Numbered from the stretch's first letter, positions 36,931 to 50,650 are shown. The stretch is 64,000 bases of DNA from Sphyrna mokarran (GCA_024679065.1 JAGIQG010000010.1:58094001-58158000), one strand, 5' to 3'. A program made the numbers and translations. The notes: a model not told the origin generated them from the sequence alone.

Positions 36931-38939
36931 TTTAAAAAAACTTTATGCTCATTTCCTCAGTACATCAAGTGTCAAAAAACAAGAAAATGGTTTCTGACTG
37001 TGCTCACCTTCCTTATCCACATCAGAAGCAAATGAAAATAAGAGTTTTCTAGCATAAAGCATTTTCTCTTAAATAGCATTTTAGCTTCAATACAACAGAA
37101 GGACTACTAATGGAGATTTTCTCTTGCAGACTGAAATCCCTTGTGTTGAATACCAGGACGACATTGCTGTGAAATCTCTATCCCTTAATAAAAACGAATA
37201 TCCTCCTGCAAAGTTACTAAAGGAATGATAGCCAAACAAAGCAGGTCCTTTAATCATAATTTCCTGTCCATAAGGTTCTGCAGGACATTCGATGAAAAGA
37301 GTCTTTTATTAGCAACCATTGCTGAATGTCCATAACCTCCAATTTTCAGGATCAATGGGGCAAATAGTTTACAATGGAGGTCAAAGCACCAAAAGCATGA
37401 AAATAAACTCTTCATTTTCTAGTTTCTTCTGCTATTACAAAAATATATTTGCATAACAAATGCAGATGTTCAAATTTATTCATAACCCAGCAAATGGGCC
37501 ATTTAATTTAGTATTCAGCCTATTGTCCAGGGATTTCCAAGCGATGGTTCTTAATTCACTTAAAGCATGTTATCTCTCTTTACCTCATGTTAAAGTGTTT
37601 TTTTGTGAGGGGGAAAATCAATTACACAAGATGCACAGCTGCTCAATGAAACTTTTGGGAAGTGATTCTGGATTCCTTCAGGCTTTTCCCTGACAGGCTC
37701 TGATCACAACATTTCAACATATTCAGTAATTACCAGCTTGATGCTGAACTTGGTTGATTGTTGCTTCCACCTTCCCTCTGCTTAGAGACTTGATTCTGTG
37801 ACAAAAGAACGAGGCTTTTGGGAGAGATCTCAAAGTAAAGCTGTAGCACTGAGTTTATGAATTGCTGATTTATCAACTGTAATGACATTAGTCAGCTAAT
37901 CAAATGGATAATTAGCACATGTTTCAAGATAGCTTATTTTCTATGATTTAAACAAATCGGAAAGCATCGCCCCCCACTCTCATTCTATTGCCCGTTCATA
38001 TCATTATGTATTTGGAAAAGGCGAGATTGTCCATTTATACAGTGTTATCTGCCATTGAAAGTCTGTCACATTTTTTAAAATGCTGATTCTCTTCGAGGGA
38101 ATTCTGAAGTGTGTGTAGTGTATCATCTGGATGTTATACGTCACAATGTTGACTTTAAACTCTTACATGTCCATGCTTAAACTAGAGCATGTATTTTGAT
38201 TTTTAATTCTAAATCTTGATGTAGTAAATTCTATTCCATAATTCAAGTTACCTGGAAGTATCTAGGATAAAGTGATTGCAGGTTATTAAGAGTTTGAATA
38301 GTGGAATAAGATAGGAGAAACTAAAAATATTGGAGATGGGAATTCTTGGAGTTGCTGTGTCAGGATCTGCCAGGGAATATATGAGGTTAGAAAGAGGTTA
38401 CCATTTATCAATTCTGCCATTTGCAATCTCTGCCATTCCAGGCACTTCATTTATGTGCAGAATTTCTGGGCCCTGCAATATTCAGGAATGGAGACAGACT
38501 GGACCCGAAAATGTCCCTGCGTCAGTTTCCCAACCCTGTTCTTGGTGTTGGCCTCTTGGTCCAGCAACATTACCCACCCCCACAAAGCGAGTTCATTAAG
38601 AGCCTTGGTAAGCTGACCAAGATTTTCCAGTCAGCCTCCAGTTTCCAGACACAACAGATAGCAGTAGCCAGGGAGCCAGTGCTGTAGGGTATCTTCCAGA
38701 TTTGCCCAGTCTTCCTTGGTGCAGGAAAAGCCAAAAACTGACCAAAAATGGGATTTCACCAAGTATATTACCAATTTTATCTTGAACCCCCTTAATTTTC
38801 TTTGTAATTGACTATCATTTGGATCTCAAGTCCCTGGTTGAATAACTAAGCATTCTTTTCTGCCCAAATTGCATTAGCAAAGGAAAATTGCAGCTTCAGT
38901 TTCAGAGAGTTTTCTTTTTATTATCTGTTAGAAGAAGAA

Positions 38940-39495
38940 AGAATAATTTTGCATTTATACAATGTCTACCTAGAACTCAAGATATCTCAATCTGACTTAA
39001 AACCAATGGTGTACTTTTTCTGAAATGCTGAGGTTGCTCCCCACAAACAGCAATGATATCACGACCTATTAATCTTATATATGTGATCTGATTTGATTTA
39101 TTTGGAATACAGTGAAAAATATTGTTTCTTGCATGCTAGACTTGCAAAATATACTGTTCATATCAGGATCAGGATATTGAATTCAATGATCAGCCATGAT
39201 CAGAATGAATGATGGGGCAGGCTCAAATGGCCGAATGACCCAATCCTGCTTCTAGTTTCTATATTTACTTGGGGAAAGAGAAAGAGGCTGCAGAATTTAG
39301 CATTGCAGTTACAGGTAGGAATGTTGAGGGATAATTATTATCATGACATTGAGGAGAACTTCTCTGCTATTCTTCAAATAGTATCCTGTACCTTTTATGA
39401 TCACCTGAGATGGGCCTTGGTTTAATAATTTCTCTGAAGGACAGCACCTCTGACAATGCAGCACTTCCTCAGCACCACATTGAAGTGTCAGCAAT
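38940..39495 (-). mobile_element. Deu-domain SINE split by Rex-tail and CR1-tail fragments
   Basis: Deu core at 39318-39492; SINE 3' part at 38940-39070; Rex-like tail 39085-39160; CR1 tail 39180-39265 (+). Confidence 0.65.
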
Positions 39496-40194
39496 GTGTC
39501 CTTATGATAGGCAGGTTTCCTTCCTTTGGAGTGAAGTCAGTGACTGCAATCTATAATTTATTAAACACCAAGATCTAGCTTCTTAAAAAAAAATCATCCA
39601 CTCTCAGCTCTTTACTGTTCATATTATACAAGTGTTTGAACTGTTTAGGCGATGTTTAAACACTAACCAATTTATGTGAAGCAGAATTATTTTCTTTTAA
39701 CAATCTCGTTCTGATTACAATTTTGTTTATAACAAAGAACTACTAGGATTCTTTGCTCACATCTATGAATGTTTTAGGTTTGAGCTTAAAAGCTGATATA
39801 AAAACACAGGTTTCTTATCTGATACTTGTGTGGGAACTGGGGAGTTCCTCAAATTTAATTCTAATTCCCTCATTCTCTGAAAACATATTATGCATATTAT
39901 GCACATTTTCCTCCAATAAATGCAATGAAGTATTGGCCTATATTTTGTTTAGTCTCTAAAGCTCTTTTTGCTGTTGTCTATAAATTAAGGGTTTTTTTTT
40001 CCTTTTTCTGCACATTTCTTTTGAAAATTCCTCTCCTTTCTAAATGGCCATGGAACATTAGGCTTTCCATTCCTATGCCAGGTTCTACAGTCATATCAAG
40101 ATTTGTACTCTGCCCGAACAACAAATCTAAGGAGAATGTAGCATTGGCTTTATTGAATTATTTGCTTCATTCTTTGAGCTTATTGAGCTAGAAA

Positions 40195-41900
40195 TTTATC
40201 TGCCCCAATTTGAGAGCGCAGGGACCATGCTCCATGGCATGTCTCTGCCCATGCTTCTCAAAGTGGGATAAGTTGCAAAATTGGGCCACTCACTTCTTTT
40301 TTCATACCTCCAGTGTTAGTCTCCTCACCATTGCAAATCTGACATACAACCGGCAGATGGGGACAGCAACACTGCTTCCCAATCACATGGCATAGGCAGA
40401 TTACTTTTCCTTAAAGGCATGTTACCTCTTAAAGACAAGTTGGGTGGAAAGAAACTTGGCAAAATGGATAATCCTGAAAAATGAACACCAAGATGATGCA
40501 GGCTGACTGCTGTAACACAGGAGACATCAATGCTACAGATGGACAGAAGGAGAGAAGAAATGGTTCGCTGGGGAGCCCTCAAGGACAGTTCTCAGAATGG
40601 AGCTGGAGTAATGGCCTCGAGTCTGGAGTCTGCATTGAAGAGGTTAACAGCAGTATTACAATCGTGACTTCATGGGGATGGGCAATGCCAGTGAATGCAT
40701 TCTCACATGACACCTCCAACCCACCACAGCATCAACCTCTCACACTGCTCAATTCATGACACCCTCCTCACAACCAGCAGTAATCCCTGGCACTCAGGCC
40801 TCAACAACTAACATCCAGGCACTCCTCACGCTCACACACTTACCAGGCTTAAACCCAACTCTTGTTGCCACCATGTGCTTCCGGCTATTCAGTTATGGCA
40901 GGTACACATCATGCAAACATAAAATTACACAACCACTGACATTCTGCTCCCTCACATGCAGCACAACACTGAGGGAAGTAGATAACATAAAGCTGACAGG
41001 AGACAAGGACTCGTGTATCTCCTGAACCCTACAAAGAAGATGGTTCTCAGAATCAAGGACCTGACAGTGACAGGATCCACCGCACCCCCGTCAGTCCCTC
41101 GGAAAATGCTGCAGATAGTGACATTCCTGCTTTATGTCCTTTGCCAACTCCCATTGTATCCTCAACCTGATATCTGGCATATTATGGGCAAGCTGCAAAA
41201 GATGTAAACAATGGACTTCTTGCTTCCCATCCCATCCCTTCCCTCACACCAAGTCCTTCCTCCTCGGTTATGCTGCTTTCAGACACCCAGGAACTGCTGC
41301 CTGCCCAGTCATAACATCCCAAGCAAGTGGAGCGAGAGAGAGTGTGATAGGAAGCACTGATGAAGAGGCCCCATCACAAGTTTTGACACTGACAGCATTC
41401 AGCTCTGAATTGACACTGCACATATCTTGAAGGTTAATACAGAGTTGAGATGAGCTATCCGAGTACATGTAGGCTGCAGTCCAGCTGGGATAAAGAGTGG
41501 ATCATTTGCCAGCTCCAGAGAGGGTAATGTCAGAGATGACTCAGAAGAGGAGCTTACTGGGCAGCATTCAAGAGTACAGTGCGTGGGCATGCGCTATGAG
41601 ATACCAGTTGATTTGATTGGCCTGTCAGATAGCCCCCGTCATTGTGAAGGAGCATATGAGAGTACACTCCTTTGTGTCAGAGAGTTTGAGAAAGCTTTTG
41701 CCCTTCTGTGGCTATTGTCCATTCCCTGTCATTCTGCAGACCTACAGACAATGTCACTGATGTCTTCATACCTGTAGTAACCTTTATTTGAACAGGTCAT
41801 CAACGCCTTTGCCTTCCAGGTTAGATTTGCTCAATGACACACAGTTTGGGTTCTACCAGAATCACTCAGCAACGTTGTTTCAAACATGGATAAAAGACAG
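40195..41900 (+). mobile_element. PIF/Harbinger relic (Myb/SANT-like ORF, pseudogenised)
   Basis: Broken translations IEEVNSS..., LNPTKKMVLRI and TDEEAPSQVLTLTAFSSE resemble Harbinger DNA-binding ORF segments; related to 43530-43770. Confidence 0.55.
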
Positions 41901-42029
41901 GGTGAGATGAGAGTGACTTCCCCTGACGTCAACGTCACGAACATGGCACTATTTTCGGCCAAATGCATCAACACACCTCCGAAAAGACTCGAGAGTACAT
42001 TCAGACACTTTGCAATGGAAAAAGAAATC

Positions 42030-42655
42030 AATAGATTTTACTTTCATAAGATGTTCAATGTCTTTCACAGGATTATAAAGTAAAATATGACCCTGGTCCA
42101 CATAAAGTGATATTAAGGCAGACAACTAAAAGTTTAGTCAAAAAGCAGGTTTTAAGAAGTGTCTAAAGGAAGAAAGTCGTGGGGGATGGGCAGGAAGCTA
42201 AGGGAGAGGAATTCCAGAGCCTGGCTTTAGGTGATTGAAGGCATACTACCAGTCGTAGTGGAATTAAATTTGGGAATTCTTAACGTGCTCAAGTTAGAGG
42301 CACGCAGATATCTGAGGGCATTGAGGCTGATGCAGATTACAGAGATATGGAAAGATTTGAAACAAGGATTAGAATTTTCAGAACTATATGTTGCTTAACT
42401 GGGCAAGTGAATGAGCCTTGCTGTGAGTTAAGAGATAGCATACAGGATCTTATGCTTACAGAGGGTCGAACTGAATGTCTTCTGGATATATATGTATGTG
42501 AAAACTGATGCTGTTTTCAAATGATTTACCAAGGGGAAAAATGTAGATGATAAATAAGAGAGGCCAAGGATTGGACCTTGGGGAACGCCAGCGGTAACAG
42601 TGTGAGAGCAAAAAAGAACCAGTGGAGGTGATTATCTTGCTATTATTCGGTAGAT
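42030..42655 (-). mobile_element. L2-like LINE relic
   Basis: gggagaggaattccagagc; ggccaaggattggaccttggggaacgcc reads GVPQGPILG on the minus strand. Confidence 0.75.
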
Positions 42656-42925
42656 GTTATGTTGTGGCTCTAATGGAGTCATCAAGAGATTTCAGTCTTT
42701 GTTAGGAGGTATTTATTGGTAAAGAGAAACTTAGGTTTGCAGCTGTAGGCTACCCTGGAGCAGAGCTCCAGTCCTTACATTAGACAGCTGCTGGAAGATG
42801 CTCTTTGAGAGAGAACTTCACCTTTCAGGGTGATCACTTACTCTTAATTCCCCATTAATTCCTCAAATCAGATTATTGTCTTCTATTGTGCTGCCTTAAA
42901 GAAACAGATGCCATATACACACCAG
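42655..42925 (-). mobile_element. Possible short solo LTR inserted in L2
   Basis: tgt...aca bounded block interrupting the L2; minus-strand AATAAA; TSD ambiguous. Confidence 0.3.
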
Positions 42926-43529
42926 ATAAGAAGGGAGTTAGGTTGTGTGCAGTTCCATATTGCTAGATAACTGTGGAAAGGCATTGGAAGGGGATGGTGT
43001 TGTCAGCGACACTGATGGCTGAAGATAGATCAAGAAAGAAAGCAAATGGTGCACAATTTGCAGTTTGTAAATCAGCAGTGATTGTGGGATCAGGGATGCA
43101 GACTGTGAGAGAAAGGATTAGATAAAAGATTTCCATCATCTCAAATGGTTTCAGCCCTTTACATGCCATTACCTCAGTCATGGCTATTGAACTGAAGGTA
43201 ACCACCATTTCCTCCTTCAAGATGCAGCTGTATCCGGCCAGTTCAGTTTAGGGGGTGCTGCCTCTGGTTATGTAGCATGTGTCCTGCAGAAGAGGGAAAA
43301 GTCTGCCGATGAGTACGATGAAATGTATTTGGTGATATGTCTGTGTTTGTTGAATAGCTTCAATCTGTAAGATATGGGTGTGAGACTTGCAACATTGCTA
43401 ACTGTTTACAGATGAGGTGAAGCTATGAATGCTTGGCATGAATCATGACAGAGATTATTGTCAGGTGAATGGTTTAAGTGTGGTGCATTGAGCAGTGTGC
43501 AAGCCTCTTGGTGCTGTATTGGAAAATGA

Positions 43530-43770
43530 CTTTGGAGACATATTCACTGATCTTGTTAAGTCATTGAACTGTTTGTGACACGGCTTCTTGGTCCTCAGGG
43601 CTAGATTCATGGCATTGACTACCATGGCTATCCAGAACCACTGCATTGGCAAAGATTATCTGGAGGACCTCCAGTCCTGTCAATAGCTGGCATCTCTCCT
43701 TTTCTCCACCTCCTAAAGTAAAGTCCCCAATGCAATGCAGGAAAATCTGGAGCCCATTCTCTGCCATTTG
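43530..43770 (-). mobile_element. PIF/Harbinger Myb/SANT-like DNA-binding domain relic
   Basis: One frame reads SRFSCIALGTLL*EVEKRRDASY*...MQWFWIAMVVNAMNLALRTKKPCHKQFNDLTR, matching RFS...L..EV..RR...W..IA..VNA....RT..QC.K.FNDL. Confidence 0.8.
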
Positions 43771-46267
43771 CCTATCTCTTCCAGGTCAGAATCAGATGCA
43801 GAATGACTTCCAGCACTTGCAACAGTCAGAAGGCGCATCTCCTTTAAGAAGTTCTGGCTGACTTTTATTTGTATAAGCTACCTTTAAGTTGTGCCAGCCA
43901 TTCACAATGTTAGACGCTTGCTCAGGTGTGCAGTCACACAATGCATTTAGTGCCGTTGTAAGCTGCAGTCATTTAACCGTGCAGGGACAATACATTTTGT
44001 GTGCTGCCAGCACTGGAAGCAACAGCACAAAGTAATACTGCAGCACCATCTCCATCACCGTTTTCAAGCCTTGCCAAGTTTGTACTGTTTATTTTTCCTC
44101 TGTGAAGCACCTTAGGATATTTTTCCATCTAATGGTACAATGGAAACAGAGAGACTAATGAGCTACTTGTTCATCATTATGACTACCAGGTTTTTTTTTA
44201 GTTGAGGTTGGGGAGATATGGATTGCACTGGGACAAGATTTCAAAGCCATGCTGTTGATTACTGCAGTGTGATGAGTACCATTCATTGTGAGGGGGGAGA
44301 TATTCAATGGAAAACTGAAAATAAAATGATTGAGACGAGACTGCTTAATTATGTTTCCTCATGGCAAACAGTTCAAAACAGTTTATGAAGCAGAATCATG
44401 CTTTACAGAGAAACGGATTTAGTCTGTATTCCTTGCATATTCTGACACATTAGATATTTGAAGAAAAGTAGCACATGATGAAACATTGTATTTGTATAAC
44501 TGTTATTTTTAATGTAGAATTGAGAATATTTTAGTCGCAGTTTAATCTGTGTTCCGTCAAATAACTAAGCCACAAAGATTTGCAGTACACAAGAAAGCCA
44601 CCTGGTCCATTATCTTTGTACTGGCTGTTTGCTCGATCAATCAAAAACACATCCCAGTATTCTGCTGTCACCCCATAGCCCTTTATCTTGCTCTGCTTCA
44701 GTTATTTTTCTGCTTTTCCTCTAAAGTATGCAATGGTCTCAATCTTAACCATTCCCTGTAGCAAAGCAGCCCATCCTCCTGTAATCCTCTGTCTTAAGAA
44801 ATTCCTCCTAACCTTTCTCTGTATTCTCAGTTATCATTTTAAACAGGAATATTTGGAGATTATTAAGTAGTTTCAAAGCAGCTGGCCTGTCATTGCAAAA
44901 TATAATCTTTTTAGGAACGAATGAATTAAATGTTATCTTAAGTTGTCTGTACATCTTATTGTTTAGTAAAGCAGATTAATGATTCGCGTCAAGTCTCATT
45001 TCAACATGTTCACTTGGTCTGGCTTCAGACAGACTGAAGACACATGAGTATCCAGCGCAGTCAGTACAGAATGCTGTTATTCCGCCCTTCCTTACACTGC
45101 CTTATAATTAAATATAGAACATTGTGAATTAACTACCATAAAAATAAGATGCTTCAACCCCTTAAGGGAACAACTGACACTGCTAAACCCAAGCAGGTAT
45201 CTAAGGCAGACCTGAGTTTGTAACAACTTTTAATATGTTCACTCTCTTGTAGATATAAAACTAAGATATGAACATGGCTTAGAAATGCTGTAATAAACAA
45301 AGTCGTGTTTGCTGCATAAATTCACATTTTCAAATGCTTATTATTTCTCTCAGTCATTACGTACCTGGAATAGAATCCTACCAAAAGCTTTTTTTGTCAC
45401 TTAACTGATTAAAAAAAAGATACATAGCTCATTAACAACAGAATTGAAGGTTAAATGTATAAGTAGAGACTTGGATAATCAAATATTCTGAGGAGCACAA
45501 TCCATTGGAGACCTTGGGGACGTCATCTGTGGAGTGTAACCATTCATGGTTGAGTAACGTAGATTATAATGTTTGGTTGATATCTTGGAATTTATGCTTG
45601 ATTACATTTGGAGGTCAAAGAGAAATGTCATAGCTTTTTTCCTTAGAAATGTTACCCGTCATAATTTACTTCCCTTGAGAGATCAAAGCAAACACAGTCT
45701 GTCCATAAATGTCTAAATTATACATAGTCTGCTTGAAAGAGCTGCTTTATTGGGCTAAACAGCATCTTCTCGTCCTCTCCTTTTGTTCATTCTTATCAGT
45801 AAAAATGTTAGTATCTATATTTTTTAACTCTCCAGTAATCAATCGTGTTGGGAGAGGAGGAGGAGGAAAATAGGTTGTACTTGGTGACAACATTAATTAC
45901 GGAATAGCCAGAGAAAATTGAGGCATTGACTTGGAATCCAAATAGAAAAATGAGAATTAAAATGTATTCTTTTCATATGTGAGATTTAAGAAGAGAATGT
46001 CATTACATCTTGGTAAATCATTTTAAGGGCTATGGCTTTCATTGAAGATGGACATTCTTTATTTGAATCAATTTATGTACTTGACAATATGGACATTATA
46101 CTTCCAATTCATCAGTTGTAGTGGTGGGAAGCACCTTATATATCAATCAGGATACATTGATAAGAAATTTGGTTCTTTGATGTCACCATTGCCGAGACCC
46201 TAAAGTCCGAACATGATGTGCACAGCGTTAATGTGGGCACGCTGTATGTGCACTGAAGCTCTCGACA

Positions 46268-46987
46268 CTAGCAGGTTGTGGCAGCAAACAGCTGTTCTGA
46301 CTGATTTGATGCACATCTTTGAGACTCGGACCATGCAGATTCATTCAACGCCTGTGCAAATAACTCAGAACTGAACTTGCACAAAGATCTCTGCTCCATC
46401 ACTACTCTACTTTCATTATTTAAATGAACAAGCACCCAGCTGGCTGATTCTTCTGATTTAATTCTGCAATTTGTGGAAGTACTGTTGAATATTTCTCTAT
46501 TTGCTAAGATGTTATGGTGGTTTACAACATCAGACAGTGCATTTTCCAAGCAAGGAGAAAGAGGGTTTGATGACCTGTCCGCACAAAGGCTGCAACAGGT
46601 ATGGGGTTCTATTTGCATTGCCTCTGTGTTTGCAACATGACAGACAAATACAAAGGAGGCTTCAGGAAGGAGAAGTTGCACACAGGAGGGGGAGATGGGC
46701 TTTCCACAGAAGACCTTACTCACCAAGCTTTTTAAGAGCACTGCCTTAGTGCCAGGTTTGTGAGTGCCTTTGCTCATTCTCCTGCTCCTATACAATGCTC
46801 TCCATGTGGCTGCTGATTTGCAATGGGAGAGAGTGAGAGTGACCTTGCAGGATGACACCCAGCTTCGAGGATCTGGTTTTGGACTGGAACTCATCAGGAT
46901 GGATGACAGCGGTCTGCCCTGGCTGACTGAGAGGCAAAAGCAAGTGTACTGGCAGAATGATATTGAAAGGAGCAGAAATAGATTCAT
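46268..46987 (-). other. Unassigned 239-codon ORF, antisense to TENM4
   Basis: Longest ORF in the window, in sequence not recognised as a repeat; no recognisable domain. Confidence 0.25.
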
Positions 46988-48490
46988 AGAAGTGTAGAAT
47001 GATTATAGCACACAGAAGAAGGCCATTCATGCTGTCATGTCTGTGGTGGTCCTTTACAAGTGCAATTCACTGAGTGCTAATTCTTGCCTTCTTCCCATAG
47101 CTATGCAAATATTTTCTTTTCAGGTAATGAATCGTTCACTTTTAAAAGTCTCAATTGATCCTGACTCCACCATACCCTGAGACTGTGCATACTATCCATA
47201 CTCTACTGAAAGCCTTTTTCTTCCTGTTGCCATTGCTTCTTTGACTAATTATTTTAAATCTGTCTTTTCCCATTCTCGATCCTTTCAGGAATTGAAATAG
47301 TTTTCTCTATCTACCCTGTCCAGTTTTTCAATACCTCTATCAAGTCTCCTCTCAACTTTCGCTTCTCCAAGAAGTCCCAACTTCTCTGATCTTTCTATGT
47401 AACTAAAGTTCCGCATTTCTGGGACCATTCTCAAGAATCTTTTCTGTACCCACTCTAATGCCTTTAAATCCTTCTGAAAGTGTGTGCCCAAAACTGGATG
47501 CAATATTCTAACTGAGACTGAACCAGTGCCTTATACAGGTTTAACATGACTTCCTTACCTTACTGATAAAGCCCAGGATGCTTAATGCTTTATTAACCAC
47601 ATTCTCAACCTGTCCTGCCACTTTGAATGATTTATGCATGCATGCACCCACGTCCCTCTGTTCCTGCAGTCCTTTTAGAATTATACCCTTTATTTCACAT
47701 TGTCTCACTGTTCTTCCTGCAAAAGTGTATAATTTCATATTCCTCTGCATTAAATTTCATCTGCCAATTGTTCCCATTCCATCAATCCACATTCTTTTGA
47801 AGTTCTGCAGTACCCTCCTCGTACCTCTCAATACTTCCAAATTTTGTATTATCCACACGTTTTGAAACTGTTCCCTATACACCAATGTCTAACTCATAAA
47901 TAACACAGATCCCTGGAGCAGTACTCTATAAAACTTCCTTCATGGTTTGAAAAGCATTGAAAAACAACCATTCACTGCTAGTCTTTACTTCCTGTCTCTC
48001 AGCTAATTTTGTGAAAATTTACTTTTGTCTTTTTATCCCACGAGCTCTAGCTTTGCTCAGAGGTCTGTGTGACATTGTATCAAATGCCTCTTGGAGGTCC
48101 CACGTACACTATGTCAATTCTTATCAACTCTCTATTACCTGATCAAAAATCGTAAGGAAGTTAGTTAAATACATTTTATCCTTAATAAATCCATGTTGGC
48201 TTTCCTTAATTAACCTACATTTGTCCACTTCACTATTCATTTTAAGCTGAGCTATCGTTTCTAAAAGCCTTCCTACCACTGAAGTCAGGCTGACCTGGCA
48301 TGTAGTTGCTAAGCTTATTTTACACTCTTTTTGTGTAACATTTGTAATTCTATAGGATTTGGATGTCCCTTAGACATCCTCTGTATCTAAGGAAGATTGG
48401 AAACTTCTGGCCAGTGCCACCTCAATTTCTACACTTCCTTCAGTGTCTTGAAGCATCTCAGCAGATTTGGGTACCTTATCAACTTTAATT
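46985..48490 (-). mobile_element. CR1 LINE fragment (RT to 3' end)
   Basis: HFQKDLKALEWVQKRFLRMVPEMRNFSYIERSEKLGL; EQRDVGACMHKSFKVAGQV; tail catagaa...cacagaagaaggccattc. Confidence 0.92.
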
Positions 48491-48659
48491 CAAACCTTCC
48501 TCTCTAATTCCAATATCAATTCTCTTCTTGCACCTAGTGGTGCACTAAGGCAGACTTTGCCTATTTCCAGAGCTAGTTTTTCCTGGAACTTGTCTTGTGA
48601 CCTGTTCCAGAAAAAGGTCAGTAGCTTGAGCTTGAGGGATGTCATTCAGTGTCAAACAT

Positions 48660-49235
48660 AGCTGGTCAGGAGTCTCTCCTGCCTTTACCAAAATGGAGTG
48701 CTGCAGCAATTTCAAAGCCTGTCAGGCGATCTGGAGTATGGAGGTTAAAGTGACCTGGCCACTTCAGAATTTTCACAGCTGGCCAGCAGGAATGTAAATA
48801 TTGATCACAGGGCTGCCTGAAATCACCTTGCTAGACGTGATCTTCAGATCTGCCAGTGAGAATGATGAGGTTACTACCCTTGCCCCCAGGACCCCCGAGG
48901 GAACCTTCCTCTAAAGCCTGGCAGCAGCAGAGGGAAAAATGACTGCTGGACTGATCTCCTCAATCCCCCTTGGAGCCCAAGGCACCAGCCAGGATGTTAG
49001 TGTCAGTATGCCATGGGCACTGCCTTGTAGGCATTGCCAAGGCATATGTCCTGAAGGGGGAACTGAGCAGGTAGCATGATGAGGAAGGAACCTTGAATGG
49101 ATTGTCTGAGGGGGAAGGGGAAGCTGAAAGGTATTTGGAGGTGGGGGGGTGGTGGAATTGGCAACTCGAGCAGGAAACACTCCTGTTTTCTCTCCGGTGT
49201 AGGCACTTAACCTCAAAACAGGAGAATTGAGCTCA
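48660..49235. mobile_element. Harbinger-type non-autonomous element
   Basis: End ggaaacactcctgttttctctcc...ggcacttaa...caggagaatt resembles the reverse of the start of 57555-58275. Confidence 0.55.
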
Positions 49236-49245
49236 CAATTAATCA

Positions 49246-49552
49246 TGGCATAGAATCCTACAGTGCAGAAGGAGGCTCTTTGGCTCATCGAGTCTGCACC
49301 GACCACAACCCCACTCATGCCCTGTCCCCAAAATCCTCATGCATTTACCTTAGCGAGTCCGTCTCACACTGAGGAACAATTTGGCTTGGCCAGTTCACCT
49401 AACCTGTACATCTTTGGATTGTGGGAGGAAACCCACACAGACACATGGAGAATGTGCAAACTCCACACAGACAATGATCCAAGCTGGGAATCAAACCTCG
49501 GCCCTTTGCACTATGAGGCAGCACTGCTAACCATTGTGTCTTCATATCACCC
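49246..49552 (-). mobile_element. HE1-like SINE with CR1-type tail
   Basis: catagaatcctacagtgcagaaggagg...gtgcaaactccacacagac...ggcagcactgctaacca. Confidence 0.9.
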
Positions 49553-50390
49553 TTGTTAATATTTTGAGTCCTTACATTCTTGATCTGAATAAGTAGAATC
49601 TATCTTTGGTGGTTAAGATTGAATAAAGACATTGGAGACACAATAAAACTGTTTGGAGTTTGTCCAGCAGTAGAAAAGAAGCTACTTTTGCAGCCACGGA
49701 AATAGCCAGCTAATTTGGTGAAGCTTGCTGGATTTGAAGGGAAACAGATATTCATCGTGACGGCTAGCCGTTTGAAATGGGTTAATGGGTTTCCAGTGAG
49801 ACAAACAACAACCAGCAAAACTCCAAATATCTTGTAGAATTTGTTTGCTGCTGATGAGTTTCTGGAAGAAATTGTGTCTGAGAGCAGATTTCGGTTTTGT
49901 TCAGAGGTTTTTGAAAAATTCTAATGAAAATTCTAATGAAAATGAACATATAAAATACATTTGAGTTCCGCCATATTATCCTGCTTTAAACTGAGTGGCA
50001 GAGCACACAGAACAAATTGTTAAATGTGCTCTTGTTAAAGGAATGCTTGATACAAATTGAAGAAATGTGAATTGTCAATGAATCATGAAGTGGCAACTTT
50101 TCTTTGTTCCTTTATTTCTTCACAATACTGGAGGCAGAACATCAGCTGAATTATTGTTTAGAAGAAAGTCTAAAGAAATGAGGTTTTCATTGTGAAAGCC
50201 AGATTTAGCACCATCAGTAGAAAAGCACCCAGCCGAGGCAGTGTTAGCCATAATGGAGGAGATTGAGAAAAAGGCTGAAGTTGAATCAAGAGGTTTGGGT
50301 AAAAGATCAGCATCATAAGTGGTTGATGTTGGGAAGAGTTGTGAAAATATGTATTTTCTTTGTACATACTTAGTGTTTAGACAAGATCTT

Positions 50391-50650
50391 TGGGTGGTAT
50401 GGTAGCACTACTGCTTGACAGCGCCAGAGACCTGGGTTCAATTCCCAGTTTGGGCTACTGTCTGTGTGGAGTTTACACATTCTCCCATGTCTGCTGGGTT
50501 TTCTCCGGGTGCTCCGATTTCCTCCCACATTCTGATAAACATACTGATTCGGTGCACTGACCCGAAGGGATACCAGACTGTGGTGACGAAGGAATTTCAC
50601 AGTAATTTCATTGCAAGCCTTATTGTGTCTAATAAATAAACTTTTAACTT
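50391..50650 (+). mobile_element. V-SINE with Rex-like tail
   Basis: Head ggtagcactactgc, B-box gggttcaattccc; tail atttcacagtaatttcattgcaagccttattgtgtctaataaataaact. Confidence 0.85.

Noticed and set aside
46280-46997. Plus-strand frame interrupted only by TGA (Sec/Trp recoding, or an alternative TENM4 first exon MDDSGLPWL...)
   Set aside because: TAA/TAG scarcity is coupled to the open minus frame; no SECIS seen and no phase-1 donor to join the next TENM4 exon.
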